Below are positions 11,045-24,919 of a stretch of DNA of 64,000 bases, one piece after another. A program made the position numbers and the translations under genes. The stretch spans positions 10,788,001-10,852,000 of the forward strand of contig OX597838.1 of assembly GCA_951406725.2 (NCBI GenBank). Direction: 5' to 3'. The notes under the pieces were generated by a model. That model saw only the letters and a list, made by a program, of their open reading frames with translations. It was not told where the DNA came from and did no database searches. The first letter of the stretch is position 1, and every line of letters starts with the position of its first letter. The DNA comes from Octopus vulgaris (lineage: Eukaryota).

Positions 11045-13367
11045 CCTTCAATCCTTTAGAAATTGAAATTAACTCTTTTATCACATTTCTGTGACAATGT
11101 ATTGCCTTGGTTTCAGTTAACTTGAAAAATGATGAAGAATGTAGTAAAAAGAAAAAGGAAAATCCCTGTCACTATTAAGCTACTGCTTGAAACATGAATT
11201 TGGCATCAGAGAACCAGGGGCAGTCTCACAGTCTCAGGCAGGCTAATACCTAAAGGATGTTAAGAGCCAGTTACATGCAGCCCACTGAGTTTCTCAAAAA
11301 GATTGATTCTAATCACTGACAAGTCTTTTAATATTATTTAAAAGAAATATAAATTTACAGCTTTTAGTTCAGATTCAATTTATTAATTAAGGAGTGGAAA
11401 CAGACTTTGTAAATGAGTTTAAATACAGACCATGGAAAAGCACCCAGTGGTTGGTGTTAGGAAGGGCATCCAGCTGTGAAAACCATACCAAAACAGACAG
11501 TGTTTTGGTGCAGTCCTCAAACTTGCTCTTGTCAAACCATCCAAACCACACCAGCATGAAAGACAGGTATTAAATGATGAGTTTACATTCATTTTGCTGG
11601 CCCAAATACTTGCAGCAGAGTGAACTTTGCCAAAGGCATCCAAGGACAAAGTGTGCAGTTAAACAAGGTGATAGATTAATTCTACTACTCAAGTAGCCCA
11701 AGACGGATTTGAACTCAGAAAACAAAGAGGTGAAACGAATACTGTAAGGCATCAATCTAACATTCTTACAGTTTGGCCAGTCCAACACTTGGCATTAGTA
11801 CTTTTTTTTTTACCAAACCCGAAAGGATGAAAGCGAAGGTATTCTCAGTTGGTCAGTGGGAATTGAACCTGAGCCCACCAACAATTAGTAATACTAACAG
11901 GTTTACTATAAATAAGATGGAATTTGATATTTCTAGAAATTACTATACTATCTTTTGATATAGATTAGTAGGCAGGGAATTTTGTGTCGGGTACAGGATA
12001 CTTTGGAGTCAACATGTGTAAAGTTATCTTTTCCTGCCGCACACAGTCAAGGAACCACTTTGTGCAAGTATGAACAGCTTTTCATGCCTCTCATGCTAAG
12101 GAAACAGTGATGTTCAATGTACAGTGGTACAAGTAGAGGCATGTCACATACTCCCTGTAGTTACAGTCGATAATAACAGCAACATAGCAACTCCAATAGT
12201 CTTGACCATTTTGCCATTGGTATCTTACTATCAAGATTCTGGGTACAATGTTAAACTATTCCCAAATCTCCTGCTGGTTGCCAAGTGGTTCCAGTACAAT
12301 GTCACTACACCAGTTAGGAGACTGGAATCTCAACAGATTTATTGTCTGCTACCAAGTGATCCAGAAGAATCTCATTTCACATGCTACAACTGTAATCCCC
12401 AAAGATCCTCATCTTCTGTCTGGGGCTAAGGTGAGGGCTGAAGTTGTAACAGATTCTCTCCTGTGCACATTCAAGGTAGGGTTGCCTACACCAGAACAGA
12501 ATGGATAGGGATAACTGGCACCTGACACTTTGCTGTAACTACAGAAAGACTTCATGTCTTGAATTGTCCTCAGCTTTCACTTGATGATGATGATGATGAC
12601 CATGATGATGATGATGTGCTAAAAAAAAACAACTTAAAATTGGCTTCTTGCCTTGATAATTCTGACACGAAAATACAAGACTGGCATTTTATACAATTGA
12701 AAGAGTAGTTGTAATGCTCTAGGGCAATACTGCAACACTCTGACATCTTTGGAATTCTGCCAAGTTGTTGCAGCTGTTGGTGCCCCCGATTCTATGATTC
12801 AGAGCAGATTTTTCAGAACGGTGCTGAGTGTGGTGGTCAATTTAATCAAACTACAATCAGTGCTGTTTGCACTTTTAAGGAACGATGATGGCTTAACCCC
12901 TCAACAAAAATAGTATTCTTCCAAGAAGTGGCCCTATATATTACTAGCTTTGTAAAACAAAATAGTCAAACAACACCATATCGGCTTTTAGCTTTTAAGG
13001 ACATTGGGACCTTCAAAAAGTGCCATACTTCCCCAAAAGTTGCCAACACTACACCTGGATTTTTGTGTTTCCTTCTGTGTCCTGTGTGCTTTTGTCTATC
13101 ATTGCTTTTTTTCTTTGCTTGACTTAACTGTTGCTTTTTTGATGGCTTTAGTCTACCTGAGCACTGAATACAATAAGCTCAGTGGCATTTGTGTCAGCTC
13201 TTTATGTTCTCAATTCAAATCCAGTCAAGATCAATTTTGTCTCACTTTTATCTTTCTAGGATCAACAAAACCTCGCCCATGAAATTTCAGGCCTTGGGGG
13301 GGGGGGGGGGGTCGATGTAATTAACCCTGAAATCGCTGGCCTTCTGCCAAAATTTAAAACCATTATT

Positions 13368-13722
13368 ATTACCTTTGCCTTAGCGAAGGCGGAGGTATTG
13401 TTTTCAGTCATGTTTGTTTGTTTGTCCGTGGACAAGATATCTCAAGTACAGCTGGTTGGATTTGGATGAAACTTTCAGGGATGTTTGGCCTCATGACCAG
13501 CATGAACTGATTAAATTTTGGGATCGATCTGGTGCCAGACAAGGATTCTGGATTATTTTTCCAATTTTTTTACCTAATTTTTGAGAGCTGTTGGGTTCAT
13601 TTTTAGTATTCTTGTTCGTGAAAGCAGTCGAGTTTATTTCAAAAATCATCTCTGGCTAATCATTGAGAGGACATTGGTGTTGCCTTAGTGGAGGTTTGCG
13701 CTCTCTGAGTGCTCTTGTTATT
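13368..13722 (+). mobile_element. Helentron-associated (HINE/DINE-like) non-autonomous element
   Basis: 5' ttacctttgcc...ggcggaggt sub-terminal inverted repeat, (gttt)n/tgtccgt microsatellite, 3' ggaggtttgcgctctctgagtgc hairpin, inserted in T-rich (att)n. Confidence 0.7.
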
Positions 13723-13729
13723 ATTGATA

Positions 13730-14341
13730 AGGTGGTGAACTGGCAGAATTGTTAGCATGCTGGGCAAAATGCTTAGCAGCATTTTGTCCATCTCAATACG
13801 TTCTGAATTCAAATCTGCCAAGGTCGACTTAGCCTGTCATCCTTCTGGGATCAATAAAATAAGTATAGTTAAGTACCAGGGTCAATGTAATCGACTTACT
13901 CCTTTACCTGAAATCATGGGTCTTGTGCCAAAATTTAAAACCATTATTATTATCATCATCATCATCATTATTATTATTATTACTATTATTATTACTAATG
14001 TGGTGAGCTGGCAGAATTGTTAGCATGCTGGGCAAAATGCTTAGCAGTATTTTGTTCATCTCAATACATTCTTAGTTCAAATCCATCAAGGTCAACTTTG
14101 CCTTTCATCCTTTCAGGGTCAATGAAATAAGTACCAGTTGAGCACTGGGGTCGATTTAATCAACTATCCCATGCTGGAGCACTGCCTTTCGTCGAGCAAA
14201 TCGACCCCAGTACTTATTCTTTGTAAGCCTAGTACCTATTCAAACGGTCTCTTTTGCCGAACCACTAAGTTACGGGGGCGTAAATACACCAGCATTGGTT
14301 GTCAAGCGATGTTGGTGGGACAAATACAGACATACAAACAT

Positions 14342-14404
<63 letters not shown>

Positions 14405-14595
14405 CATATATATACATACATACATATATACGACGGGTTTCTTTCAGTTTCTGTCTACCAAATCCACTCACAAGGCTTTGGTCAGCCCGAGGCTATAGTA
14501 GAAGACACTTGCCTTAGGTGCAAAGCAGTGGGACTGACCCAGAACTATGTGGTTCATAAGCAAGCTACTTACCACACAGCCACTCCTATGCCTGT
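13730..14595. mobile_element. SINE cluster: two degenerate Meta-like SINEs (+) and a CORE-like SINE (-)
   Basis: Repeated ggtgagctggcagaattgttagc...gcctttcatcctt; 14170-14593 matches the family at 30925-31333. Confidence 0.8.
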
Positions 14596-15566
14596 TTAGC
14601 TTTCCTGCAAACTGACCGCATAAGCAAAGGTAGCGTTTTCTATTTTGTGGGCCATTAATATTCATCATTGAGGTAGCAGGACAATGGTGGGGTAGAGTTT
14701 AAACATCTAGTTTAAATCATCTGACACTTGGTAGTTGTGTGGGTGAGAGAGAGAGGGAGAGAGAGAGAGAGAAAGAGAGAGAGAGCTAACAAGACAGTTT
14801 GTGTGAATATATATATACATATATATGATAGTGTGCATAATATGGTAGTGTGTATCAGCTAGTAGTGGATGTTAGTACGGAGGTATGTATGAGCGTGCTA
14901 GTACAGACGAATGTGTTGTAATGGCTGTGTGCGTGTGTGTGAGTGAGTGACTGACTGAGTGTGTGAGAGTGTGTGTGTGTGTATGTGTGTGTTACTATGG
15001 TAGTCTAAGTGTGTGTCAGTATAGTAGTATTACTTATTTTAGTAATTACATATGAGTGTGTCATCATATGAGTGTAAATGCATGCATTTCATTGCATGTG
15101 TATCAGAGAGAGAGAGAGAGAGAAATAGATAGATAGGCAGACAGATATATAGACAAACAGGTAAGTAAATATATATATATATATACACACACACATATAT
15201 ATATGTATGTATATATACATATAGATAGATAGAGAGACCTATATAGGTAGAGAGATGAAGATGGTAAACAGAAAACAATGTCTGGTTTTGAAGCTAAAAT
15301 ATTAGACACCATACTCTATTAATTTCTCCACTACTAACAAGCAGCTACATTAATTAATTAATGAAATTTTCATGTGGGGGGAAAAAATAACCATGAATAT
15401 CAAAAAAAAAAAAAAAAAATCTGTGTACTTTTCGTGAAAAATCAATGTTAGAAGATTGTTAATAAGGATAGCCGAGAAGAACCCCTAGGTAGCAGAAAGA
15501 TTGAAGTTAGCATGCATCCCGGACTGCTAAACAAATAGCAATGCAAACTAGGGCTTTTAGTGTTAC

Positions 15567-15728
15567 CTTAATTCCATTAGAATAGCTGTTCGCAGGTCCT
15601 GTGCCATAACCAACCAGCGGCGCCAGTGTGGTGTCGCCCTCTGGCTCTTCGTCAACCTCGGCAATGTCCGAAAGTTCGGAGCCACTACTACCACGCTCAT
15701 GCCCAGAGAATATGTTAATGCGTGCAGC
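15567..15728 (-). CDS. RIMBP2: RIM-binding protein exon with conserved acidic motif: AARINIFSGHERGSSGSELSDIAEVDEEPEGDTTLAPLVGYGTGPANSYSNGIK
   Basis: 162 nt, phase 0-0, ctttag/GTAACA; GC-rich island in AT-rich DNA; 'S(D/E)LSDI.E.DEE' motif of RIMBP2. Confidence 0.88.
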
Positions 15729-15882
15729 CTAAAGTATAGCAAACATTTTAAGACCAAATGTTGGGTTTCTGATATCCGAAAGCAAAGAGAGAGGGTTAGA
15801 GTTTATAGTAAGGTAAGTATATTTTCATTGTGTGTGTATGTGTGTATCTATATATGTGTATATATAACTGAAATGTACATTC

Positions 15883-15917
<35 letters not shown>

Positions 15918-15925
<8 letters not shown>

Positions 15926-16721
15926 AAAAAAGGTTTGAAAATGCAATTTAAACGATGTTTATTTACTTAACCGGTTTCACTCTTTGGTAAAAGATTGTCA
16001 AAAGTTACATTTAAGGAAACATTGAATAATATGGGTTCAAAAAAAGTTTTTTACATAATTGTCACATTGAATATTATGCATTCAAAAAAGTTTTTTACAT
16101 AATTGTCACATTGGATATTATGGGTTCAAAAAAAGTTTTTTACATAATTGTCACATTGAATATTATGCATTCAAAAAAGTTTTTTACATAATTGTCACAT
16201 TGGATATTATGAATTCAAAAATGTTTTTTTATACATAATTGTCACATTATTTGGGAAAATTTGGCAGAAAAGGATAAAACAAATATATTATTGGGAATTG
16301 GTTGCGTTAATTATTGGTTGTCGCAAATTGTCACATTACATGTATATATATACAATCTTTGGTATATATATACAGCGTTTTGACAGCAAAAATTAAAATG
16401 GATTTTTTGTCCATCTCAGAATATTTTAAGTATGTTTTTACTGACCTGTCAGTATTAGCAGAAAGGCTGAACTGAGAGAACAGAAGTAGCCAATGTGGTG
16501 TATACTTCCCCTTTATGCATGAATGATTTTGGGGTTATCAGGAGGTTAGTATGCGGGTGTGAATAGATGTGTCCGTGCCTGCTGGTCAGACAGCGTCTGT
16601 TTGTCACACACATATATATACACACAAACACACACACACACAACAACACACACACACACACACATAGTATACAAACACATTGTGAGCATTGTATACGTGT
16701 GTATGTATTTACATATGTATC

Positions 16722-16780
<59 letters not shown>

Positions 16781-18506
16781 TGTGTGTGTATATGCATGGT
16801 ATGTGTGTATATGTTAGTACTTTGTTTGTGTGTATGTGCGGCATGTAGAGATATATTTGAGTGTGTACGCTATAGGTTTGTAATTTGTGTGTGTGGGGGG
16901 TGGTGAATTTTTTATATATATATGTGTGTGTGTATGTGTGTGAAAAAATATATGTATGTGCATGTATGTATGTATGTATGTGTGTATATATATATATATA
17001 TATGTGTATATATATGTGTGTGTGTGTATGTGTGTGTGTGTATATTTATTTGCATGTTTATGTGTGTATAAACATGTACATTATTTGCATGCGCATTGTA
17101 TATATGTATATTGTATGTATGTGTATTGTATATGTACGTGTACAATTAAGTGTATATATTTGTGTGTATGTGTGCACTGTATATATGTATATTGTAGGTG
17201 TGCTATATGTGCATGAATACATGTATATGCATTGCGTGTATATATATGTATGCATTGTGTGTGTATGTATGTTATGTGTGTGTGTGTGTGTATATATATA
17301 TTATATGTATGCGTACGTGTATGTGTATGCATTGTATGTATGTGTGTTGTGTGTATATGTGGTACATCTATGTATGTGTATGTAAACACTATTTATATGT
17401 ATATGTGTATATATGTATATGCATTGTCTATATATATATATATATTATATGTATGTATTGCGTATGTATATTGCATGCATATATCGTGTATGTATATTAC
17501 TTACATGCTGTATGTGTGTATTGTATGTGTGTATATATATATGCTAGGTGTATTTGTGTGATATTTATATTATGTATGTATGTGTGCGTGTGTTGTGTGT
17601 GTGTGTGTGTATGTGTGTTATATATCTGTGTATGTTATATATAGATACATGTTATATTTGTGTGCTGTGTGTATATGTGATATATGTGGGTGCGTTGTGT
17701 GTGGGTGTGTGTGTTCTGTGTGTGTGTGTGTTGTTTGTATGTGGTTTGTGTTTGTATACTATGTGTGTGTGTGTGTGTGTTGTTGTGTGTGTGTGTGTTT
17801 GTGTGTATATATATGTGTGTGACAAACAGACGCTGTCTGACCAGCAGGCACGGACACATCTATTCACACCCGCATACTAACCTCCTGATAACCCCAAAAT
17901 CATTCATGCATAAAGGGGAAGTATACACCACATTGGCTACTTCTGTTCTCTCAGTTCAGCCTTTCTGCTAATACTGACAGGTCAGTAAAAACATACTTAA
18001 AATATTCTGAGATGGACAAAAAATCCATTTTAATTTTTGCTGTCAAAACGCTGTATATATATACCAAAGATTGTATATATATACATGTAATGTGACAATT
18101 TGCGACAACCAATAATTAACGCAACCAATTCCCAATAATATATTTGTTTTATCCTTTTCTGCCAAATTTTCCCAAATAATGTGACAATTATGTATAAAAA
18201 AACATTTTTGAATTCATAATATCCAATGTGACAATTATGTAAAAAACTTTTTTGAATGCATAATATTCAATGTGACAATTATGTAAAAAACTTTTTTGAA
18301 CCCATAATATCCAATGTGACAATTATGTAAAAAACTTTTTTGAATGCATAATATTCAATGTGACAATTATGTAAAAAACTTTTTTGAACCCATATTATTC
18401 AATGTTTCCTTAAATGTAACTTTTGACAATCTTTTACCAAAGAGTGAAACCGGTTAAGTAAATAAACATCGTTTAAATTGCATTTTCAAACCTTTTTTCT
18501 TATATA
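15918..18506. repeat. Long inverted repeat/foldback: arms 15918-16679 and 17747-18506, ~1.07-kb degenerate TG/TA spacer
   Basis: By eye the arms are reverse complements apart from two 1-nt homopolymer differences; (TA)n-rich tracts lie on both sides. Confidence 0.97.
16026..16250 (+). repeat. 44-45-bp minisatellite x5 inside the left arm (mirrored at ~18175-18400)
   Basis: ttcaaaaaagttttttacataattgtcacattg(a/g)atattatg(ca/gg) units starting at ~16036, 16081, 16125, 16170, 16214, with alternating variants. Confidence 0.95.
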
Positions 18507-18536
18507 ATCCCACTCGTGCGATACCCCACAACTCAA

Positions 18537-18582
<46 letters not shown>

Positions 18583-18744
18583 TATATATAAATATATGTA
18601 TATATATAAATAAATATATATATATATAAATATATGTATATATATATATAAAAATATATATATAAATATGTATATATGTATATAAAAATATATATAAATA
18701 TATATATAAATATATATAATATATATATATAAATATATATATAA

Positions 18745-18809
<65 letters not shown>

Positions 18810-19344
18810 TATATATATAAATATATAAATATATATATATAAATATATATATATAAATATATATATATATAATATATATATAATATATATATAATATATA
18901 AATTTTCTATGGCTGGATGCTTTTCCTGTCACCAACGCTCACCTGTTCCCAAGCATGTGGTTCTAGGTTCAGTCCCGCTATGTATTACCTGAAGCAGGCA
19001 TCTTCTAGCCTTGGGCTGACCAAAGCCTTGCGTGTAGATCTGATAGAAGGAAACTGAAAAACCATTTTCATATACACATGTGTGTGTGCGTGAGTGTATC
19101 CATCTGTATATATGTGTGTGTGTGTCTAAGACTCTGTCTCATCTATGTCGTATTTAAAGCATCAATAGTATTTGGATTCTCATATTTAAATTTTAGTATA
19201 AATTATGTATTTTTATACATTAATTATTATGTTTGTACTTTCACTTTTGAAACAGGTGTAGAAATTACAATGAACGTGTGAAATATCTGTGAAACCATTG
19301 CTTTTTAACAATTCTAAATATATTGCTCTGAACATTTGCTTTAG

Positions 19345-19384
<40 letters not shown>

Positions 19385-19611
19385 GAATATAAAGAAAGTC
19401 AAGAGGTATGAAATGAATATATTTATTTCACCAGGTTTTCTTTATGTTCTATATACGCCTCTTGAAATAATCTCCACTGATTTCAACTGCATAGGAATTT
19501 ACCTTACACTCCTACATATTGGTTTACTAAGTGGTCGGTAACCAGGTTCACTAAAGGAGATCTTTTGTGATTACCACTGGATTACATAAATCTATATATT
19601 GTACATTAAAT

Positions 19612-19646
<35 letters not shown>

Positions 19647-19671
19647 CGCACACATATATATGGATGTACCA

Positions 19672-19866
19672 CACAAGGGAGTGCTAAAAAGTTCTTGGCC
19701 TTGGGTAACAGAAAATACAGGAGGATCAGTTAATTATGATTCTATTCCACATATTCCCCTCTCAGATTCACACTTATCGCAGTGGTCCTTCAGTTTTTCT
19801 AAGCCCTGTAAAAGAGAGCTTTTCGTGATGCCCTTAAAACCAGGAACTTTTCAGTATTCCCTCGTA
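19672..19866. mobile_element. mariner-type MITE
   Basis: Imperfect TIRs acaagggagtgctaaaaagttcttgg / ccaggaacttttcagtattccctcgta. Confidence 0.7.
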
Positions 19867-20944
19867 TGTATAAGCGTGAGTGTATATATATATATATATA
19901 TATGTAAATTCATTTCACTTACACCTATGCATACATGTGCATGCATATATATGTGTGTATGTTTGCATATATGCCTGTGTGTAAATGTGTGTATGCATGT
20001 ATGTGTATATACACACACATGCACATAATATTTATACTCCATTCACTCCTTGCCATTTTCGAGAAAGGAAATCAATCATCATACACATATATGTTACTTG
20101 TATCAGTAAATAGATTCTTATTAGTTAGTGAAATATAAGTTGGTGCGAGTGGGGGACAATGCGTGTTTATAAGTGAGAATAAAACCACAATCAAGGCACA
20201 AGTTTTTATGAGATTAAAAAAAAAAAAAAAAGAAAAGAGAAAAAAAAAATTGTACATCCAACATTTAATATACATGCAAACTGAAATGAGAAGTGCTTGG
20301 GGGGTAAGCTAGTTCAAATTGTGATTTGAGCATGAAGATAGCTTTTTTTTTTTTTGGTTGTTTGTAAGTCATAGAATGTGTTTAAGATTAAAACAAACAA
20401 ATAAATATAAAAAAAACAACAACGAAGAATAAACAGACAAACAAAAAAAAAATTAAAATGCATCTCATAGAATTATACTATATTAATCATTCAAAATTAT
20501 ATAACTCAGATGTAAATCTAGTATTTCTTATTAAAATAAATATTCTGAAATTACGATGCTTTTGAAAATTCGAAAAGCGCTTCTTTTTTTAGATGAAAAA
20601 TTTTTTTAAGCCAGTGCTTCTGAAACAGCTTTGCATCGTTCTGAAAGTCATTTTTTTTTATATGACAAAGAAAATGTATGAGATAGTCGGAGATATTCTT
20701 TTAAGAAATCCTTTATGAAACGAGATGAAAGAATGACCCCCTCTCACTGATGCTAATGCTTTCTCTTAATACAAAAAATAAAATGTTTGAAAATATATGT
20801 GGAACAATGAATGATGCCAGAGTAAAAAAAAAAAAAAATCCTGATAATTTATTACCAATTTAAAAACTTCAAATATAATATATATATTTTCAAAGTTCCC
20901 ACAAAATTTTAGATTTTGTATTTATTTTAGATTAATATTAGTTT

Positions 20945-21612
20945 AAAATTTTGGCTCAGGGCCAGTAATTTCAGTATGGGTAAGTCAATTATATCGACCC
21001 CAGTGCTCAACTAGCATTTATCTTATCTTAACCCTGAAAGTATGAAAGGAATTGCCAACCTCAGCAGAATTTGAATTTAGAATGTGAAGAGGGACGAAAT
21101 GTTGCTAAGCTTTTGTCTGGCATACGAATGATTCTGCTAGGATGTCACCTTAAAATAATCTAATATATTGGTTTGAAATTTTGGTACAAGGTCAGCAATT
21201 TCAGGGGAGGGGATAAGTCGTTTACATTGACCCCCAGTGCACAGCTGGTACTTGTTTTATCGATTCCAAAAGGAAGAAAGGCAAAGTCAACCTCGGCAGA
21301 ATTTGAACTTAGAACATAAAGATGGATGAAACATTGTTAGGCATTTTGTCTGGTGTGCTAATGATTCTACCAGCTTGCCACCCTAAAATAATTTATAATA
21401 TTGGTAAATTTCAGCACAAGGCCAGAAGTTTCGGGAAAGGAGCTGAGTCAATTGCATCAACCCCAGTACTCAACTGGTACTTATTTTATCAACCCCAAAA
21501 GGATCAAAAGCAAAGTTGACCTCAGTAGAATTTTAACTCAGAATGTGCAGACAGATGCAATACTGCTTAGTATTTTGCCCAATGTCTTAATGATTCTGCC
21601 AGTACATTGCCC
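20945..21612 (-). mobile_element. Three tandem degenerate Meta-like SINE copies
   Basis: Three successive units of aaattttggc.caagg...atcgacccc...gaaaggcaaagt..acctc.gcagaatttgaac. Confidence 0.75.
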
Positions 21613-22412
21613 TTTAATACTGAAAGAGGAAAGTTTATAGCCACAAAAGGGCGAAAGACCTGTCTGCATGAAATAGCAGTCTTTGGTAAATCTGGAGCTC
21701 AAAATTTTTGAATTACTTTCTGTGTTTAGGTCAACTCAGCCACAAATATAAACTCTGCCTTCAACTGCAATTTTTATTAAACAGAAACAAAAAAAATCAA
21801 TCATGATTTATTGATGAATATCTGAAAGCTGAGTAATGTTGCATTGTTCCAAAGATTTGGTTTAGATTATTGAAACTTATCAAACAATAGCCATAGTGTA
21901 ACAGGAGTTCTGGACAGATTTGGAACCTAAACTTTTGCTTCAATGACTAGAATTCTTAACATATGTGTAAGATTTTATAGAAAAGATAAAAAAGTGGTAA
22001 GTTTTTCTATTTTGTTTGTTTACTAGACTTCCAACAAAATATTAGTTTATTTGGTATAATTTGATTAAATTGTCCACTTAACCATCCTTAAAGTTTTATG
22101 AATATATTGAGAATTCCTATCAGTGAACTAAAATTTAGCTTCGAATCAAATGACAGATTTTTTTAGCACATTTAATATCTTCTTTTTTATAAACAGATTT
22201 TGTATTAAACTTGACCCATTGCTGCACAAATAATACAAGGAAATATAAGACAGGTTGAGAAACTAACTATAAAATTTAGAAACTTGTAATGAAACTTTAA
22301 GAAGTCTATAATTAAGTTGAAGGTTTGGAACAGGTTTATAGATTTCCCACCAATTCCGTAGGTTGTGAATAGTAACTGTATGAGAAATTCATTGAGAAAT
22401 ATAGCAGCATAC

Positions 22413-22523
22413 CTTCTTTGTACTGGCTCCAGCCTCCATGTCGGAGCATGCTCTAAATGCAGCTTCAATTTCCTCATCAGTGTCATTGGTATATTCCTCA
22501 TATTTTTCACTGTAAGAGTTTGA
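22413..22523 (-). CDS. RIMBP2: RIM-binding protein exon (post-FN3 acidic linker): SNSYSEKYEEYTNDTDEEIEAAFRACSDMEAGASTKK
   Basis: 111 nt, phase 0-0, strong acceptor (cttcctgcttctgttcccag) and GTATGC donor, in frame with both neighbours. Confidence 0.8.
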
Positions 22524-22768
22524 CTGGGAACAGAAGCAGGAAGAAGTGCAAGGAATATAGCAATATGGCAGAGGAAGAATACAACTGTGATGATATCAAG
22601 GTTCTTAAGCTAATAACCATGGAGTCAGCAGTTCTTTGGTACCTAGTTATTAGTGATATGGTAGAGTGTGATGGTTCGAGGAATCTTAGTATTGAAGAGG
22701 AAGGAATGTGTGTGTCTGTGTGCATGCATTAATATATGAGCGCGTGAGAGAGACGGAGAGAGGGAGAG

Positions 22769-22801
<33 letters not shown>

Positions 22802-24668
22802 AACTAGTATTGCGAAACAGTGAGTTCTAGCTCGCTTGCTTATGTTTCATCCTTGTGCGTACTCTAGGAGAATAATTCAATAGTCTAGTCTTGTAATACA
22901 TTTCTGAATCAAATTGATCTTCTACCCACCAGGCAAAAGAATGCAATAAATTATTTTCTATTATTTCACATCCACATCAGCACAAGTTGGAGGAAAGAAG
23001 AGCTTTTTTTTGAATGCGAAACACCAGATCATGAAGTCAGAGCAGGAACCTGCTTCGTTTCTCACATACATTGAGAAAAGTGCTTTGCTCAGAGGAATGG
23101 TATAACTATGATAGTAAGGAACTAAGAACCATGCGGTCAGCGGTTGTTATGGTACTGGGTCATGCATTTGATTCCTGGATCAGGCTGCATGTTGTGTGCT
23201 GAGAAAGGAATGTCATTTCATGTTGCTACTGTTAACTCATCAGAAAATGAGCCCAAGCAGCAGCAGTAGCTATGGGAGCTCTGTGATGGATGGGCATCCA
23301 GTCCAGGAGATACCTCCAAGAAGAAGAGCTACTACTTGACATTCCAAAATCTATCAGAAAGTCCCAAATTGTTCAATTAACCCTTAGCATTTCTGTTTAT
23401 CACAGACACACATTCAAAGAATGACAAGAAGACAACTAGATCTTTGTTACAATGGAATATCAACTAAGACTTTGTTGCATTATCTGTTCAGCTTTGTACC
23501 TAATGTTTTATATAACTTATCTAAAGTGAGGAGATAACAGACCTATGCCTGCCTTTGTATTGTGGAATTAAAATGTAGTATTAAATTAATTTTTTTTTTC
23601 ATGTTTGTTTTTCTATGCAAGGTTGGCTTAGCTGAGAGTAAATTTGAGGAAGGATCTTATGACTGGATGCACTTCTTGTCACCAATCCTTACATGTTTAT
23701 CAAGTAAAGGATTTTCAATTTCCATTCCACAAGAATTTGGAAGTGCAAAAGTAGCAGTCAATCTGTTGAGAGAAAATATCAACAAATGTCACCAGTTGCA
23801 GTCCAATCACAAATGACAACATCACTCCTTGTAGTTCAGCTGCAAACAGCTGTGTCTCCATCAATACCCATGGCTCAGCACAGTTCAGCCTTTTGGGAAT
23901 CTTGGACTATTTCTAACTTCAGAAGGAAACTAGAAAATATATACTTACTACACAAGAGTTCACAGTTCTCTGAAATAATTTTTTAAGACTGTCCAACAGC
24001 AAATTAGAACTACACTGTTGTTGGTATCCTCATAAACTATTTTATCTCTTCCTGGCTTTTAGGTTGTTCTCTCTAAGCTATTTAGGCACTGAAAGGCTCC
24101 AAATGGTGCACACACTCCCCTTGAAACTTACTGGCCTCTGGTATGCAGAGTTTTTGATTGAAAGTATTTGCATAAGCAAGGTCTCTATCTCTTCCTGACT
24201 TTTAAAGTTTTCTGAAGGTATCTAGGCACTGGAGAACACTTGTAAAGAATTTCTTTAAATTAGATCCCAGATTTTCGACAAGTGTTTTTACTATCTTTAT
24301 CATGGTTAGGTGAATTGAATAAGTCAAACTTGAGTGCTTTGTTGAAGAACATATTGATACATCTGTACTGAGATATGAACTCAAGATCCTCTGGTCAACA
24401 TGATGTAAACACTCTACTCCACAACTGCAAATCCTTAACAGATTAAAAAATATTAAGATAAAGCATGCTTATTGTTGGAAAGATAATAATTCAGCTAAAG
24501 GACTGGATTGGTGTAGTGTAGGTATTAGAACATAACAGAGGAGTGTGAAATAATACTGAGAAAAATAAGGTTAAATTGGATGGAATAAAGGTAGATAAAA
24601 ACAAAACAACAAACAAACAAAAGTAAAAACAGGTAAAAAAACAACAACCCTGAATGAAATTAGTTTAC

Positions 24669-24859
24669 CTTCCTAGCTGCAACTGCTTCGTAGGCAATGT
24701 TTTTAGCTGTTTTGGCAGCCATTTCCTTGAGAAGATTTGGCGGTAAAATCACCCCTTGAGAGTCGACAGATTCCTCGTTGTTATCTGCCAATGTGCGTAC
24801 AGTTAATCGATCAGGCATGCGACCACAACAATCGTTGCTCGTGAGTAATATGTGATCAT
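24669..24859 (-). CDS. RIMBP2: RIM-binding protein exon, end of FN3-3: DHILLTSNDCCGRMPDRLTVRTLADNNEESVDSQGVILPPNLLKEMAAKTAKNIAYEAVAARK
   Basis: 191 nt, phase 1-0, ttcccag/GTAAAC; 'TVRTL....ESVDS....PP.LL' matches RIMBP2. Confidence 0.93.
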
Positions 24860-24919
24860 CTGGGAAAGAAAGGTGAAAGAAAGAGGAAAAAAAAAAAAAT
24901 CAATAACTGAATTTGAAAA

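Noticed and set aside
11990-12575. Balanced-composition segment with overlapping short ORFs
   Set aside because: No in-frame exon with RIM-BP similarity was found; it is probably an old retroelement fragment that cannot be classified by eye.
16026-16250. Regularly spaced repeat resembling a CRISPR array
   Set aside because: The units are contiguous with no unique spacers, the context is a eukaryotic intron and there are no cas genes; it is a minisatellite.
16559-17971. Many overlapping Cys/Val/Tyr/Ile-rich ORFs
   Set aside because: Artefacts of TG/TA dinucleotide low-complexity sequence; the same applies to 50310-50951, 53651-54181 and 55945-57340.
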